Below are positions 12,701 to 24,803 of a stretch of 55,133 nucleotides of DNA, in pieces (within the stretch, counting starts at the first letter, position 1; the number at the start of each line of letters is the position of its first letter). The position numbers and the translations under genes are program-made. The DNA is from Rhizaria sp. SCN 62-66 (lineage: Eukaryota): the NCBI GenBank assembly GCA_001724265.1, contig MEDY01000372.1, forward strand, positions 1 through 55,133, in the 5' to 3' direction. Below the pieces are notes generated by a model. The model searched no databases, was not told the origin of the DNA, and saw nothing but the letters and a program-made list of their open reading frames with translations.

Positions 12701-15700
12701 GAGATTGCAGCATCATCATCATCATCATCATCATCATCGCTCGGTGATGATAACAGAAACCTCGACCGCTCGGCCAAACCCGACAACAACAGCAACAACA
12801 CGGAGACCGACGACGACGACGATGAGGACGAGGACGAGGAGCCCATAGACCCGGAAGTCGTGCTGTGGCTGCTGCGGCGCCTCGTCGCCAACACGCTGCC
12901 CGACCCCCACGCCCAGGCCGCGGCGACCGCGGCGGCATCGGCGGCAGCAGCGGCGAGCCCTGGGTCTGGCACGGGCAAAGCAGCGACGGCCACTGCCCCT
13001 GCGGCTGCGGCAGCAAGCGACCGCGCCGCGAGCGACCTGGCGCAGCGCCTGGTTGAGACCCTCAAGCCCGGCTCCGCCAAGCACGCGGCCGCGGCCGCAG
13101 CCGTGGCGGCGGCAGCGGCCGCAGCAACTGCGGCGCAACCGAGAGCGACCACGGCAGCGGAAGCGGCGGCGGCAGCGCCCGCGAGCGAGGGCCGCCGCCT
13201 GCGCCTGGCGCGCGCGCTGGCGCAGCCGCTGCTGCTGCTGCTGCTGGGGCTGCTGCTTCTGCTCACCGTCGTTGTCGGCACGCTCATCGCGGTCGGACTC
13301 TTCCGCCTGCTGCGCCGCTGCGGGCGCCGCTACGACCCCTACGGCGCCTCGGTCGGCGGCGGCGACGACTGGGGCCTGGCTGGCTCCGGCTCCGACTCAG
13401 GTTCGGGCTCGGAGTCCGAGTACGCGGCCGCGCCGGGGCCCTGTGGCGGCTTCGGCGGCTACTCTCCGCCCTCCATCAGCGGCAGCAGCGGCGGCGGCCT
13501 GAATGGCGACAGCGACGGCGGCGGCGACGGCGACGCGCGGGACGGCGGCGTGCGGCGCCGGCGCCGCCGCAGGCACAACAACAGCAGCAGCAGCCGCCAC
13601 AGCGACGGCGGAAGCGGCGACGGCAGCGGTGGGCGCGCGCGCAGGCACAGGGACAGGGACAGGGAGGGCCGAAGCTCAGGTGAAAGCGACCGGAGCAAGA
13701 GCAGCAGGAGCAGGGGCGAGCGCCATGGCGACGAAACCGACAGCAAGGACAAGGACCGGCGCCGGCGCAGGCGCAGGGACAAAGCCGATGCTGCCGCGGC
13801 CACGGCCGCCGGCGCTGTCGATGCTGTCGTTGCTGTCACTGGCACCGCGCCGGTTGTTGTCGTCGACCTGACCGACGTCGAGCCTCTGCTGGCCGCTGAG
13901 ACGGCTGTCCGCGCGCGCGCTGGCTCGGCCAGAGCGCGCGCTGCGACTGCTGCTGCAGGGAACGCGGCCGCTGCGACTGTTGCACCTGCTCTTGCACCTG
14001 TCTCTGTCGTCGCCCCTGACGCGACTGCTGCGCTCAAAAGCCCCTTCCGCGCGGTGCGCAGCGCGCGCGCGCCCGCCGTCATCAATGCGAGTGCAAGTGT
14101 CGGTGCTAATGATGCTGCAGCTGACGCTGCAACAGCGAGAGCCCCGAAAACGTCCCCGCAAAAGCCCTCGCAGCTGAAATCGCAAGCGCACTCGCACTAG
14201 CACGTCCACGGCTGTGCCGAGTGCGAGCTGGCCGCTGCCGCCGCTGCGGCAACTGCGACGGCTGCGGCCGTTGCCAGCCGTGCTGCCGCCCCATCGCCGC
14301 CGCAGTCGCCGCCGCAGCAGCAGGCACAGGTGCGCGTGCTGTCAGACTCGGTGGCCGCCGCGCTGGCCGCCGCCGACAGCGCTGCCGCTGCCGCTGCGAC
14401 TGCCTTCGGCGCCAAAGTCCCTGCGGCTGCAACTGCGGCTGCGAATGTGAGTGCTGATGATGGCAAGCCGCGCTCGCTGTCGCCGTCGTCGCCCCTGCTT
14501 GCGCGCGCCGCCGCGGACGACAGCGAGGCCGTCGAGCGCGAGAACGCCGCCGCCGCCTGCGTCGTCAACGATAGCTCTGGCGACGACGACGACGACGATG
14601 AAGACGACGGCGACGGCGCGTACTCGCGCTTTGTGCGGGCGCAGTCCCGCGCGCGCAAGCGGCAGTCCCCGAGCCCCGCGGTCTCGGTCGCGGCACTTTC
14701 GCGGTCGCCGTCGCGGTCGCTCTCGCGCGCGCGGCAGCCGCCGCCGTCGCTGTCGTCGTCGCTGTCAGCATCGTCACTGACGTCGTTGTTGTCGTCGTCG
14801 GCCTCATCGTCGGCCTCATCGAAGCTGCAGGTACAGTTGCCATTGCATTCACATTCGCAGGCGCAGGCGCAAGCGTTGTTGCCGCCCGCGCCCCCGCGGC
14901 CGCTGCCGTCGACGCCGACCTCTGGCGGTCCCGGCGCCAGCGCGGTGGGCACGGTGGCGACCGCGGCGCGGCGCAGCGCGGCGGCGGCGGCGCGCGCGCG
15001 GGCGCAGCTGCGCCTGGCGACGACGCCGCTGTCGGCGCTGCTGACGCCAGCGCAGTGGCGCCGGCTGCGGCGGCGCGCGCCCGGCTTCGAGCCCAGTGAC
15101 AGCGACCGCAGCAGCGACAGCGACAGCAACGGCGGCGGCCGCGGCCGCGACCGCGAGCCGCTGTCTGACTCGGACTCCGCCTCAGACTCTGGGTCGGGGT
15201 CAGACTCGCAGTTCGAGTCCGGGTCGGAGACTGAGTCTGCGAGCGGGCTCTCGCGCGCCGGCTCCGGCTCCGGCCCTGAAGACGCCGCTGCTCCCAGTGC
15301 TGGTGCGGCGAAGGACGGAACTGGTGCTGCGACCGCCGCCCATGCGACTGCCGCCCATGGGACTTCTGGAGCCCCTGCTGCAACGGAGACTGTGGCCGCC
15401 GCAGCCGACGCCAACAACTCACCCAACGCTCCTGATCAGGCAGACTGCGACAACAACGACGACGACGACGATGACGACGACGATGACTCCTACGAGGACG
15501 ACGAAGACGAGGACGAGGAAGAGGACGAAGAAGGGCTCGAGTGGGCGGGCAGCATGCGTGTGCGCGCCGACATCGCCGCCTTCCTCACGCGTGGCCAGCG
15601 CGCCTGGTCCGCCTCGGCCTCCGCCTCCGCCTCGCAGCAGCAGTCGCACTCACTCTCGTACTCCCACTCCCATTCGCCGTCGCCTTCGCAGTTCGCCGCG

Positions 15701-16672
15701 GCCTCGGCGCCGACGCCGATGCTGGCGGCGCTGTCCGCGCCGGGCGGGCCGGGCGCGCCCGCGCTGGAGCTCTGCAAGCTCGAGGCCATTGCAGAGGCTG
15801 ATGCGGACGACGGTGTCGACGACGGCGGAGACGCAGCAGATGTCAACTCCACTGCGGTTATGGCTTCGAGCGCTGCCGTCGCCGACGCTGTTTCTGCAGC
15901 GTCTTCTCTTGCTGATGCGACCGCTACGGCCACTACCGACGATAACGCTGCGGCTCCGGAGGCGGTGCTCAGTGCAGAAGAGCGTGAAGCGATGGAGCGC
16001 TACTACCGTGCGCGTGAGCGCTGGTGGTACGTCTCTGACTCAGACGGCGACGGCGACAGCAGCAACACGGACAGTGCCATGAGCAGCGACGCCGACGACG
16101 GCCCACCCGGGCTGCGCCGGCGCTTGCTGTCGTCGTCGTCATCCTCGCTTGTCGTGGCCGCCAACCGACGCGCTGAAGAGTCGTCAGCGTCGTCATCGGC
16201 GCGATTGCCATCATCATTGTCGTCGTCATCTCATGCTGTAGACTCTGTCACTGCGGACCAGGCGGCAGGCGAGACTCTCTCTCACTCGCTTCGCCCGCGG
16301 CGGCTCCAGCAGCAGCGCAAAGACGACGACGGCGACGCAACCGACTACTCCTACTTTGCATCGGGCGCTGAAGACGGCTTGGCGCCTGAGGGCGTGCAGG
16401 ACACTGACAGCGCAGAAAGTTCTGACGAGGATGGCTCGCTAGCGCAACGCGGCAAACAGGCAGCAAATCGTGCCGCTGCAGCAGCTGCAGCCGCGTGGAA
16501 CGACGTCCGCGAGTGGGGCGCGCGCATCGCGGCGCCCAAATAGCGCACTGGTGCGAAGCGGACGCGTGCGACCACAGCAACAGACACAGAGGAAGACGCT
16601 GCATCGGAGAACGATGGCGAAGGCAACGATGACGAAGATGACATGCCGTTCCTCTGCGGAACGCTCAACTAA
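4643..16672 (+). CDS. MBTPS1: Site-1 protease (SKI-1/S1P-like subtilisin S8), about 4009 aa, read through five in-frame TAG codons
   Basis: Catalytic motifs VAVLDTG (D at 6248), GHGTFVA (H at 6341) and SGTSVAAP (S at 6896). S1P-type motifs VSHTGWFLDA, GGPD, WDQFHSLRYP.GY.PRD and FFDDNT..W.P.TGG.N. ORFs 4643, 11393 and 14330 share a frame and are separated only by TAG at 10904, 11069, 11135, 14198 and 16541. TM helix at about 13229-13303. First TAA at 16670-16672. Confidence 0.82.
9668..9727 (+). repeat. (GCT)20 microsatellite encoding polyAla within the S1P gene
   Basis: Read directly from the sequence. Confidence 0.95.
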
Positions 16673-17548
16673 ACATGACAGGATCGCTTTATGAACCATT
16701 TGGATACTTATATCATTCTCCTTGAGACTTTACTTAGAAAATAGCTTGATACATTTACAATCACTTGAACCTACATTTACCCACGAACCCACCACCATGA
16801 TTCAATCATAACTGGTCCGCGGCTGCATCCAGATCATTAATTTGGACATATTTCGGACTATAAACAATGTTACTGCATGTATAAATGCATACATCCAATG
16901 TAATCTTGTGCAAAGTTATATTTACATTAATTGTAAGGTTCATATTGCTCCGACATTGCTTGTTGGAGAGGATTACCTTTAAAACCCCTTTAAAACCCAC
17001 AGTCAGCAAGTCTAGAATCATGAAGATATCACTATTTAGCTACAAAACAAATATATTTTTATTAAATAGATTTTATATAACTTTTTAATAATTTATATGC
17101 ATGAGATTAAAAGATATAAAACAAATGTTATGTTAAAAAGTTAATAAACGTAAAAATGTTTAAATAATGTTAAATAGAATAAATATAACTGTTTAATTAT
17201 TATTTGTTTAATCAACAAAAAAGACTCTGTGTTTGCAATAAATTTCTTTGTATTCCCAAGCAACTCTAATACTTGAATCAAGTAACAAAAACTTACATTA
17301 ACAACCATATTAAGTTTTTAAAATTAATTAAATAGTTTCAGTTCTATTTATTGAAATATATAGCTATAACTAACTGTAACTTGTTAATTATATTCAAATT
17401 AAATTTTAAAAAAACATAATATGAATAAATATATTTTAATTTATCTTTCTTTACTTTTCAAACTTATATTGGAGAAAGAAACAAGGCGACTTGTGAGTGA
17501 AACCGAGGGTTGAGAGAAAATTATTAAAGGAGACAGAACCTGGAGTAA

Positions 17549-17612
17549 AACCTGAAGTATTGTATTCAAATCACTATTTAAACCTGAAGTATTGTATTCA
17601 AATCACTATTTA
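17549..17612. repeat. Perfect 32-bp tandem duplication AACCTGAAGTATTGTATTCAAATCACTATTTA x2
   Basis: Copies at 17549-17580 and 17581-17612. Confidence 0.95.
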
Positions 17613-17640
17613 ACCTTTGATATTTTGTTTCGATGAGCGT

Positions 17641-18804
17641 TCACACTTCATCTTCCTCGTCATCCGAGACACCGGTGAAGTCGACCTTGGAGATAAGTGA
17701 CTCGCGCTCCGACGTGAGCTTCTCCATCAGTTTGGTCGCCTCCTCGAGCGTCCGCTGCAGCCCCGCGCTGTCCATACCATTCGTTGCAGCCTCTCTATCC
17801 TCATCTGTGCCTGGTGAGCGCGCCACTACGGCCACCGCAGCCGCGGGCGCGGCCGGGTCGAGCTACGGTAGCTGCGTCACCGTGACACTGTCAGCGTACT
17901 GCACCGCTGCGATAAGCTCTGCCTCCTCCTCGTTCGCCGCCTCTGCCCGGAGCGTCGAGTTGCGCTGCAGCTGTCCTTGCGTCTGCTGCGTCTTAGCCGC
18001 CGCGCCGCCCGCCTTGCTGCGCACGCGCCGCGCGTTGGCGCTGCGGTCCAGCGCCTCGGCCCCCGCGTCGAGCGCGAGCGCGTACGCGCGCAGGGCCTCC
18101 GTCTGCGCCGCCAGCGCCGCGAAACCGGAGGAGATGGAGCCGGGCAGCTCCATCGCCAGCGCCAGCGCGTCCCCGCCACCGCCGGAGCCGCTCATTGCAG
18201 AGCTGGAGCTGGAGCTGGAGCTGGAAGACTGCCAGGAGGGCGGAAGGCGGTCAGCGTACCGGCTCATATACGAAGGCATTGCGGGTGCAGCAGTTGCGGC
18301 TGAGACAGAGGTCGCGAGCGACGACGCGCGAGCTGCCGCGGCGGCTGACGGCCCCACAACAGAGACTGAAGTTGAAGCAAGAGCAGGAACAGCTGGAGCG
18401 GCAGAGGAGGTAACGGAAGTGGAACATGCAACGTGAGAGGCGTAACTGCCAACAGGAGGGCCATAGGGCGCGGCTGCGGCAGACACAGGAGCCGGAGCCG
18501 GGGCGGATGCATACGAGGATGTGTATGACTGCGCGGGGGCCGCGTTATAGGCCGTGTTGTAGGGATTAGGGCCCGCAGCGGCGGCGGAAACGGCAGCGCT
18601 GTTAAGGGGCACACGGCCTGTTGAGACTCGCGAGACCGGCCGGGGGGCCGTGAGATCGGGCTGGGGAGCAACACAAGCGGATATTATGTGAGAAGAGGCA
18701 TTAACACAACAGGTTGTAGAACGATAGAGACACTGAGAAAGAGTGTGACGTACCAAGGGCTGGAGAGGCTCGAGGCCGTCGGAGAGCTGAGAGAGGTAGC
18801 TCAT
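17641..18804 (-). CDS. Hypothetical low-complexity protein with a short C-terminal coiled coil; exons about 18804-18754 and 18660-17641, one in-frame TAG at 17863-17865
   Basis: In-frame 93-nt intron GTACGT...CCCCAG. ORFs 17863..18891 and 17641..17835 share a frame and are separated only by TAG (QLP*LDPAAP). Ends TGA. The start is uncertain because the ATG follows a possible acceptor. Confidence 0.65.
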
Positions 18805-19217
18805 CTGTGCTGTACATTTAAACGGGAGCGGGAAGATGATCGTTAAATGATGAGTTGCTAAGATATACGTTATAAACAGGTGTCTTATCAATGATACTAT
18901 TACTGTTTCTGTTATATATCGCGGTAAAGCAGTCTACAGCGCTGTTATCAATACTCGCCCCGTCTGCTCACCCAGTTTGCTTCTCGAAAGATCTGTTTGT
19001 GGTGACCAAATCCAGATTGTCCAGATTGTCATATTTTGTTGTATGATCGTCGTACAAAAATGTTTTAGAGTTGTTAAGTTTGAAATACTCTCACTGTTTT
19101 TAATACTTTTTAATTTTATCTCCAGCCTTCTTTCTTCAGTCATAGCAGGCTGTCAAATTCTTTGCTTCGTCACCCCTCTCTCGCAGCACCCTCGCCGCAG
19201 TTCGAGCCCCGCTAGCG

Positions 19218-21292
19218 ATGTCGCGCTATTACTGCTACACGTGCGAGCGGCGCGTGAGCACGCACCCGTCCCCCTCGGACCCGTCTTCGCGTCTCTGCGA
19301 CGAGTGCGACGACCTGTACGTCGAGGAGATCAACGACGCCAATTCCTCGCTCGGCCTCTCCACTGGCGGCTCAGTCTCTCTTTCGACCGCCGGCGCTGCC
19401 GGGGCCGGCGCTGGCGCGGGCGCGGGTGGTGACACCGCTTCCATGGCCGACAGCGACGCCACCAGTCTTTCCCCGCATCCCGCAGGCTTTCCCCCGCGCC
19501 ACAACAACAACAACAACAACAACAACAATCGCTCCTACAACCACAACCACGGCAACAGCGCCAGCGCCAGCGGCTTCGCAGCGCGCGGCAACCCGGGCGG
19601 CGCGAACGATCGTGCGGGCTTCCCGCCCGCCGCTGCCGCCGCGGTTGGCGACGAGGACGACGACGACTTCTTCTTCAACGCTGAGGGCCCCTCCAGCTCC
19701 CCGGGTCTCCTACCCGCTTCCGCCTCCGCCGCCGCCGCCTCTGCTGCTGCTGCTGCTGCTGGTGCTGCTGGCGGTGTACGTGCTGGCGCTGCGCAGGCGC
19801 ACACAGCGCGCTCGGCGCAGAACACGCCCACGCACTCGAGAACGCACTCGAGCTCCAACACGCCCGCCAGCGCTTCGAGCGCCGGCCCAGGCCCCAGCCC
19901 CAGCACCGGCTTCGTCCCCGGCTTTGGCGCAGGCGCAGGCGCACGCGCACGCGCAGGCGCAGGCGCTGGCTCCGGCTCTGCGTTTGCGGGCGGCGGCCGC
20001 GCACACGGCAACGCGCGCGCGCGCACGATGGGCGGCGACGCCTTCGGCGCCTTCTCCAGCCTCTTCGGCTCCCTGCTCGCCGTGGCCACCGGCGCTGGCG
20101 GTGCTGGCGGCAACAACAACAACAACAGCGCTAGCGGCAGTGGCAGCAACAACAGCGGCGGCAGCAGCGGCGTCAGCGGGTCGATGGCGCCGCCGACCGC
20201 CGTGCGAGCGGCCTCGGCCTCCGGCAGCGTCGGCAGCGGCGGCGGCGGCCGCGGCGGGCTCGGCGGGCTGGACAACGGCAACGGCGGCAACAGCATCACT
20301 ATCGAGGAGGCCAGCGAGAGCGAGAGCGAAAGCAGCAACAGCAGCAGCAGCAACAACAACAACAACAACAACAACAATGCAAAAGCTGCCGTCGCGAGCA
20401 GCGTCACCAGCGTTGCCGCTCCCGGCCTACCTGTCGCCGAGCCCGTCTCAGAGCCTGATGGTTTGCCCGAGGTCGAAGCGGAGGCCGAGTCCCCATCCGC
20501 CGCCCCCGCCGCTGCTGCTCCCGCCGCTGCTGCCGTTGCTGCGACGGGGGATGCGCGGCCGCACGAGTCTGCGCGCCCCCACGAGAGCCCGACGCTGAGC
20601 CCGGCGCGGCCGCGGCGCAACGGGCCCCGGCTCTTCACGCCCCAGAACGGCCAGTCGCAGCTACAATCGCACTCGGGACAGCCGCAGTCGGCGCAGACGC
20701 AGAACAACAACAGCAGTGGCAGCGACCCAGCTCTTGATTTCGGACTGCAAATCGCGCAGACAGTGTTGGGCTCGCTTGCAGGCATCTTCGGCGGCCTGAA
20801 TAATAACAACAACAATAATAACAATAATGGCCAGCAACAACAGCAGCAGCAACAGGCCTTTGGCAGCTTTGGTCTGGATGGTACCCGCCACGGCAATGGC
20901 AACGGCGGTGTCTTCAACTTTAACGTGGACCTGACGCCAGGCAACAGCAATAACATCAACAACAACAACAGTAGCAGTGGCCATGGCAGTAGCAGCAGCA
21001 GCGCCAATGACAGTGCGGCTGCGGCTGCGAACGCAGCTGCCGAAGTCAGCAGCAACGACGAGCCCGCGGCCAGCAGCAACAACGACGCGAGCGCTGCCGC
21101 CGCTGCTGCCCCTGCTGCTCCTACTGCTGCTGCTGCTGCCGCTGTTGATGCTCAGCCGCAGCCTCAGCCTGAGTCAGGCGGCCTGTCCCGCAGCCTGCCT
21201 GCATAGTTTCACCAGAGCGTTCTGGAGGCGCAGCAGAGCGCGCAGGCGCTGTCACAGGCACTATCGAGGCAGCAGCAGCCGCAACAGATGCC

Positions 21293-21366
<74 letters not shown>

Positions 21367-22628
21367 TGCCGCCGGCCCTGCAGGGTTTCCAGGGCCTGAT
21401 GGGGCTGCTGCAGAGCCTCCCGGGCATCGGCGAGGCTATTCAGGGCCAACTGGGCCAGCCGGGCCAAGGGCAGCAGGGGCAGCAACAGGTGTTCCCAGGA
21501 GGCTGGCCCTTCGGCAACCTCGGCGGCCTCGGTGGCGGCTTTGGCGGCGGCTTCGGCGGCTTCGGCGGCAGCGGCGCCGTCGCGGGCATGGGCGCGGGCG
21601 CGATTGCGGCGCTGCCGCGGACCGTGTACACGGAGAGCATGATCGCGGAGGCCGAGGCGGCCGAGGCGGAAGCCGAGGCTGAGGCTAATGGCAACGGTAA
21701 CAGTGGCAGTGAGGCGACTACGGCGGATGCTGCTGACGCTGCCGCCAGCAGCGATGGGGTCAATGCATCTGACTCCCCTGCTGCTGCTGCTGCTGCTGCC
21801 GACTCTCTTGCTGCTGACTCTGCCGCCGCCCCTGTCGCCCCTGCTGCCGCTGCGAGCGCGAGTGCGAGCGCGAGTGTTGAAGACGACTCCGACAACGACG
21901 AAGACGGAAACAACGACAACAACAACAACAGCAGCAGTAGCAGCAGCAGCACTGAGACAGAGGCAACCACTGCCATTACCCCTTCCACTGCCACTGCGAC
22001 TGAACCTCCCACTGCGACTGAACCGATTACTCCAGGTGCCAGTGCTGCTGTCCCGAGCGCGTTCGCGCCCAGCTCTCGGCGCAGCTGCGGCGTGTGTTTG
22101 GAGCCCTACCGCGCGGGCGACGCGGCCGTGGATCTGCCGTGCGGCCACCGCTTCCACGCCACCTGCGCCGCCGAGTGGCTGGCCCGCCGCGCCACCTGCC
22201 CGCTCTGCCGCGCCAACGCCCACGGCAACGGCGACGGTAACGGCAACGCTGTCAGCGGCGGTAGCAGCAACGCGGGCACCAACGCTCATGGGGCGCGGGC
22301 GCCGCCGCCGCGAGTGCAGGTGCAGGTGCAGCAGTTCAACATGCCTCTGCCGCCTCAAAGGCCACACCAACAACAACAACAGCAGCAGCAGCGTCATCAT
22401 CACGTGATCAATATCCCCTTGGGCCCGCACAACAACAACAACAACAACGCCGGCGCCAATGCGAACGGCGGCAGCAACGGCAACGGCAATGGCGGCGGGA
22501 ATGGATTGACGCTGCACACGATGGTCAACGGCGTCCCCGTTGCGATTCCCCTCGGCAACAACAACAGCCTGAGCATGAACATCAACAACAACAACAACAA
22601 CGGCGGCAACGGCAACAATCCTGCAGCA

Positions 22629-22659
<31 letters not shown>

Positions 22660-24251
22660 AGCGCGGTCCAGGCACGCAGGTCTCGGAGGCGTCGTTGCGC
22701 GAGGTGAGCCTGCAGATCCACTCGCTGCGGCACCAGATGGCGCGGCTCTCGCAGCGCATGGGCCGCTGGGAGCAACAGCAGGAGCGCCTCATCGCCGCGC
22801 TGGAGCGCGCCGCGCCCGCGCTCGGCCTGGGCAACGCTGCGGAGCCGCAGCAGCCGCAGCAGCCTCAGTTTCAGCATCAGCAGCAGCAGCAGTATTCGCA
22901 GTCGCCGTCGCAGCAAGTGCAGCCCGAGCCGTCGTCGTCGCTGTCCCTGCCGGCGCTACCGCCGTCGTCGTCGCCGTCGCTCTGCGCGGCCGTGATCGCG
23001 GCCGCCTTCGACCGCGACAGCAGCAGCAGCAGCGCCAGCGTCCTTGACGCCGCGGGCCGCAGCCGCAGCAGCAGCGGCAGCAACGCGGCCGCGAAGAACA
23101 CTGCTGGTGCTGCTGCTGGTGCGCGTGCTGCTGCTCGCAGCCGGAGCTCCAGCACCAGTCCTGACAACAAGCCAGATGCTGCGCCATCTGCAACGCCGAC
23201 GGCGACGGCGACAGCGACTGCCGCGAAGCCTGTCGCGAAGTCTCCGCCACCCCCTGCCTCTGCTTCAGCCTCTGCAAAGTCGCCGTCGCCGTCGCCGTCG
23301 CCGTCGCCTCAGCCTCAGCCTCAGCCTCAGCCTCAGCCTCAGCCTCAGCCGCTGACACAGCTGCCGCAGCCGCAGCCGACGCATGCGCCGCTGCAGACGC
23401 GGCTGTTCGCGGGCGGACTGCCCTCGATCTGCATCAGCGACCTGGTGGGCGGCCTCAACTCGATCATGCTCGAGCCGCCGCTGCCCGCCAACGCGTCGCC
23501 GCAGCAGCAGCAGCAGCGGGAGCGGTAGCGGCGTCTGGTGGTGCCCGAGGGGCTGGTCGTGCGCCGCGGCGACAACGCCTGGGCGCGGGCCGGTCCGCTG
23601 CGCCGCCTGCCTCACCCCGGCGGCAACAGCAGCGGCGACGCCGTCACTGAGAGTGGCGACGGCGACAGCGGTGGCGGTGGTAGCGGCGCGCAGTCGGGCC
23701 CCCTGGTGCAGCTGTTCGCGCTCGCGACGCCGGCCGAGCGAGAGCGACAGGCGCTCGAGGTCGCGCGGGACCCCGCCCACCCGCTGCGAGAGGCCGTAGC
23801 GCACTTCATGCTGGGCGCCGCGGGCGCCGCGCACTCCCCGCCGCCGCTCTCGCCTGACCTGCTGCTCTTCACCGCGCTGGCGCTGCCCGAGGCGCAGCGG
23901 GCCGAGCTGGGCCTGCCGCCGCGCGCGCTCAGGTTCCCAACGCCCCACGCGCTATCACTGCTGAACCTCAACGCGCCCGCCGGCAGGCGCATCGTCGGCT
24001 TCCGCGTCGCAGAGCCGCGCAGCAGTGGCGGCGGCGGCCTGGCGGGCAGCTGGAGCCGCATCCGCATTCGATCCGTGCCCGCCGGAGCGTTGCCGGTCGC
24101 AGACGGCGGCGGCGGCGGCGGCGGCGGCGCTGCGGCTGCTGCGGTGGACGAAACCGAGGTGGACCTAGGGGCGGACAAGACCGTGGTCGCGATGCGCATG
24201 GTCGGCAGCACGCTGGCCGTGCTCGTGGCCCTGGGCAGGCCGCAGCTGTAA
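19218..24251 (+). CDS. RNF115/RNF126-like RING-H2 E3 ubiquitin ligase, about 1677 aa, with in-frame TAG at 21204 and 23526
   Basis: N-terminal zinc ribbon YYCYTCERRV...CDECDDLYVEEI. RING-H2 CGVCLEPY...LPCGHRFHATCAAEWL...TCPLCR. The three ORFs share a frame and are separated only by TAG. Ends TAA. Confidence 0.82.
21294..21365 (+). repeat. (CAG)24 polyGln tract
   Basis: Read directly from the sequence. Confidence 0.95.
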
Positions 24252-24803
24252 TCGCCATGGTTAACGTGCTGACTTTTAAGTCATCAGTAGCTGTAAGAAG
24301 TCAATTCGCTGACTTAGCGAACCAAACCAAGAACAAATGTAAACATTTAAGGACAGTACAGTACTATGGAAGGTTATTGTTTTTATGTTTTTATTTTTAT
24401 TCAAACGTGGATTGTAGACCGATATCTGGAGATATCTTAGTGTTTTACGCGACTTTATAAGTGTAGTTGATTCAAAGTGTTTTGTGACTTTTATCCGGTG
24501 ACTTTTATCCGTGTATTGCTTCAATTAAGTGAGAATTCAAGTTCATTTTTTATCTCCAATTTCTTAATCTCATTAATGTAGGATTATTCTTTGCTACTTG
24601 CTAACTACATAAGTGTACAGTACTACTGAGTACATGTGATGATGACCATAAACAATCAAGATTTTGTGTTCAAGTCTCCCTAAATTGGACGTACTGCGCC
24701 ACGTTATTGCTCCTTTGTGACAGTGACACGGATGCGTCCAGCTGCTTTTGTCGTCTCTTCGTTGCACTATTCGGCGCATGTTGGTGTGGCAGTGTTGCAG
24801 TGC

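Noticed and set aside
11393-16543. Treating ORFs 11393..14200, 14330..16543, 21288..23528 and 23538..24251 as separate genes
   Set aside because: There are no AT-rich spacers between them, most start at non-ATG codons, and each is in frame with its upstream ORF.
16978-16998. TTTAAAACCCC-like doublet resembling a telomere repeat
   Set aside because: Only two imperfect units in AT-rich DNA.
17549-17612. CRISPR-like 32-bp repeat
   Set aside because: Two adjacent copies with no spacer, a eukaryotic context and no cas genes.
10850-23530. TAGs being 3' splice acceptors of hidden introns
   Set aside because: Real introns here are 90 nt or longer, AT/pyrimidine-rich and mostly start GTACG. The sequence before these TAGs is coding-like, in frame and lacks such donors.
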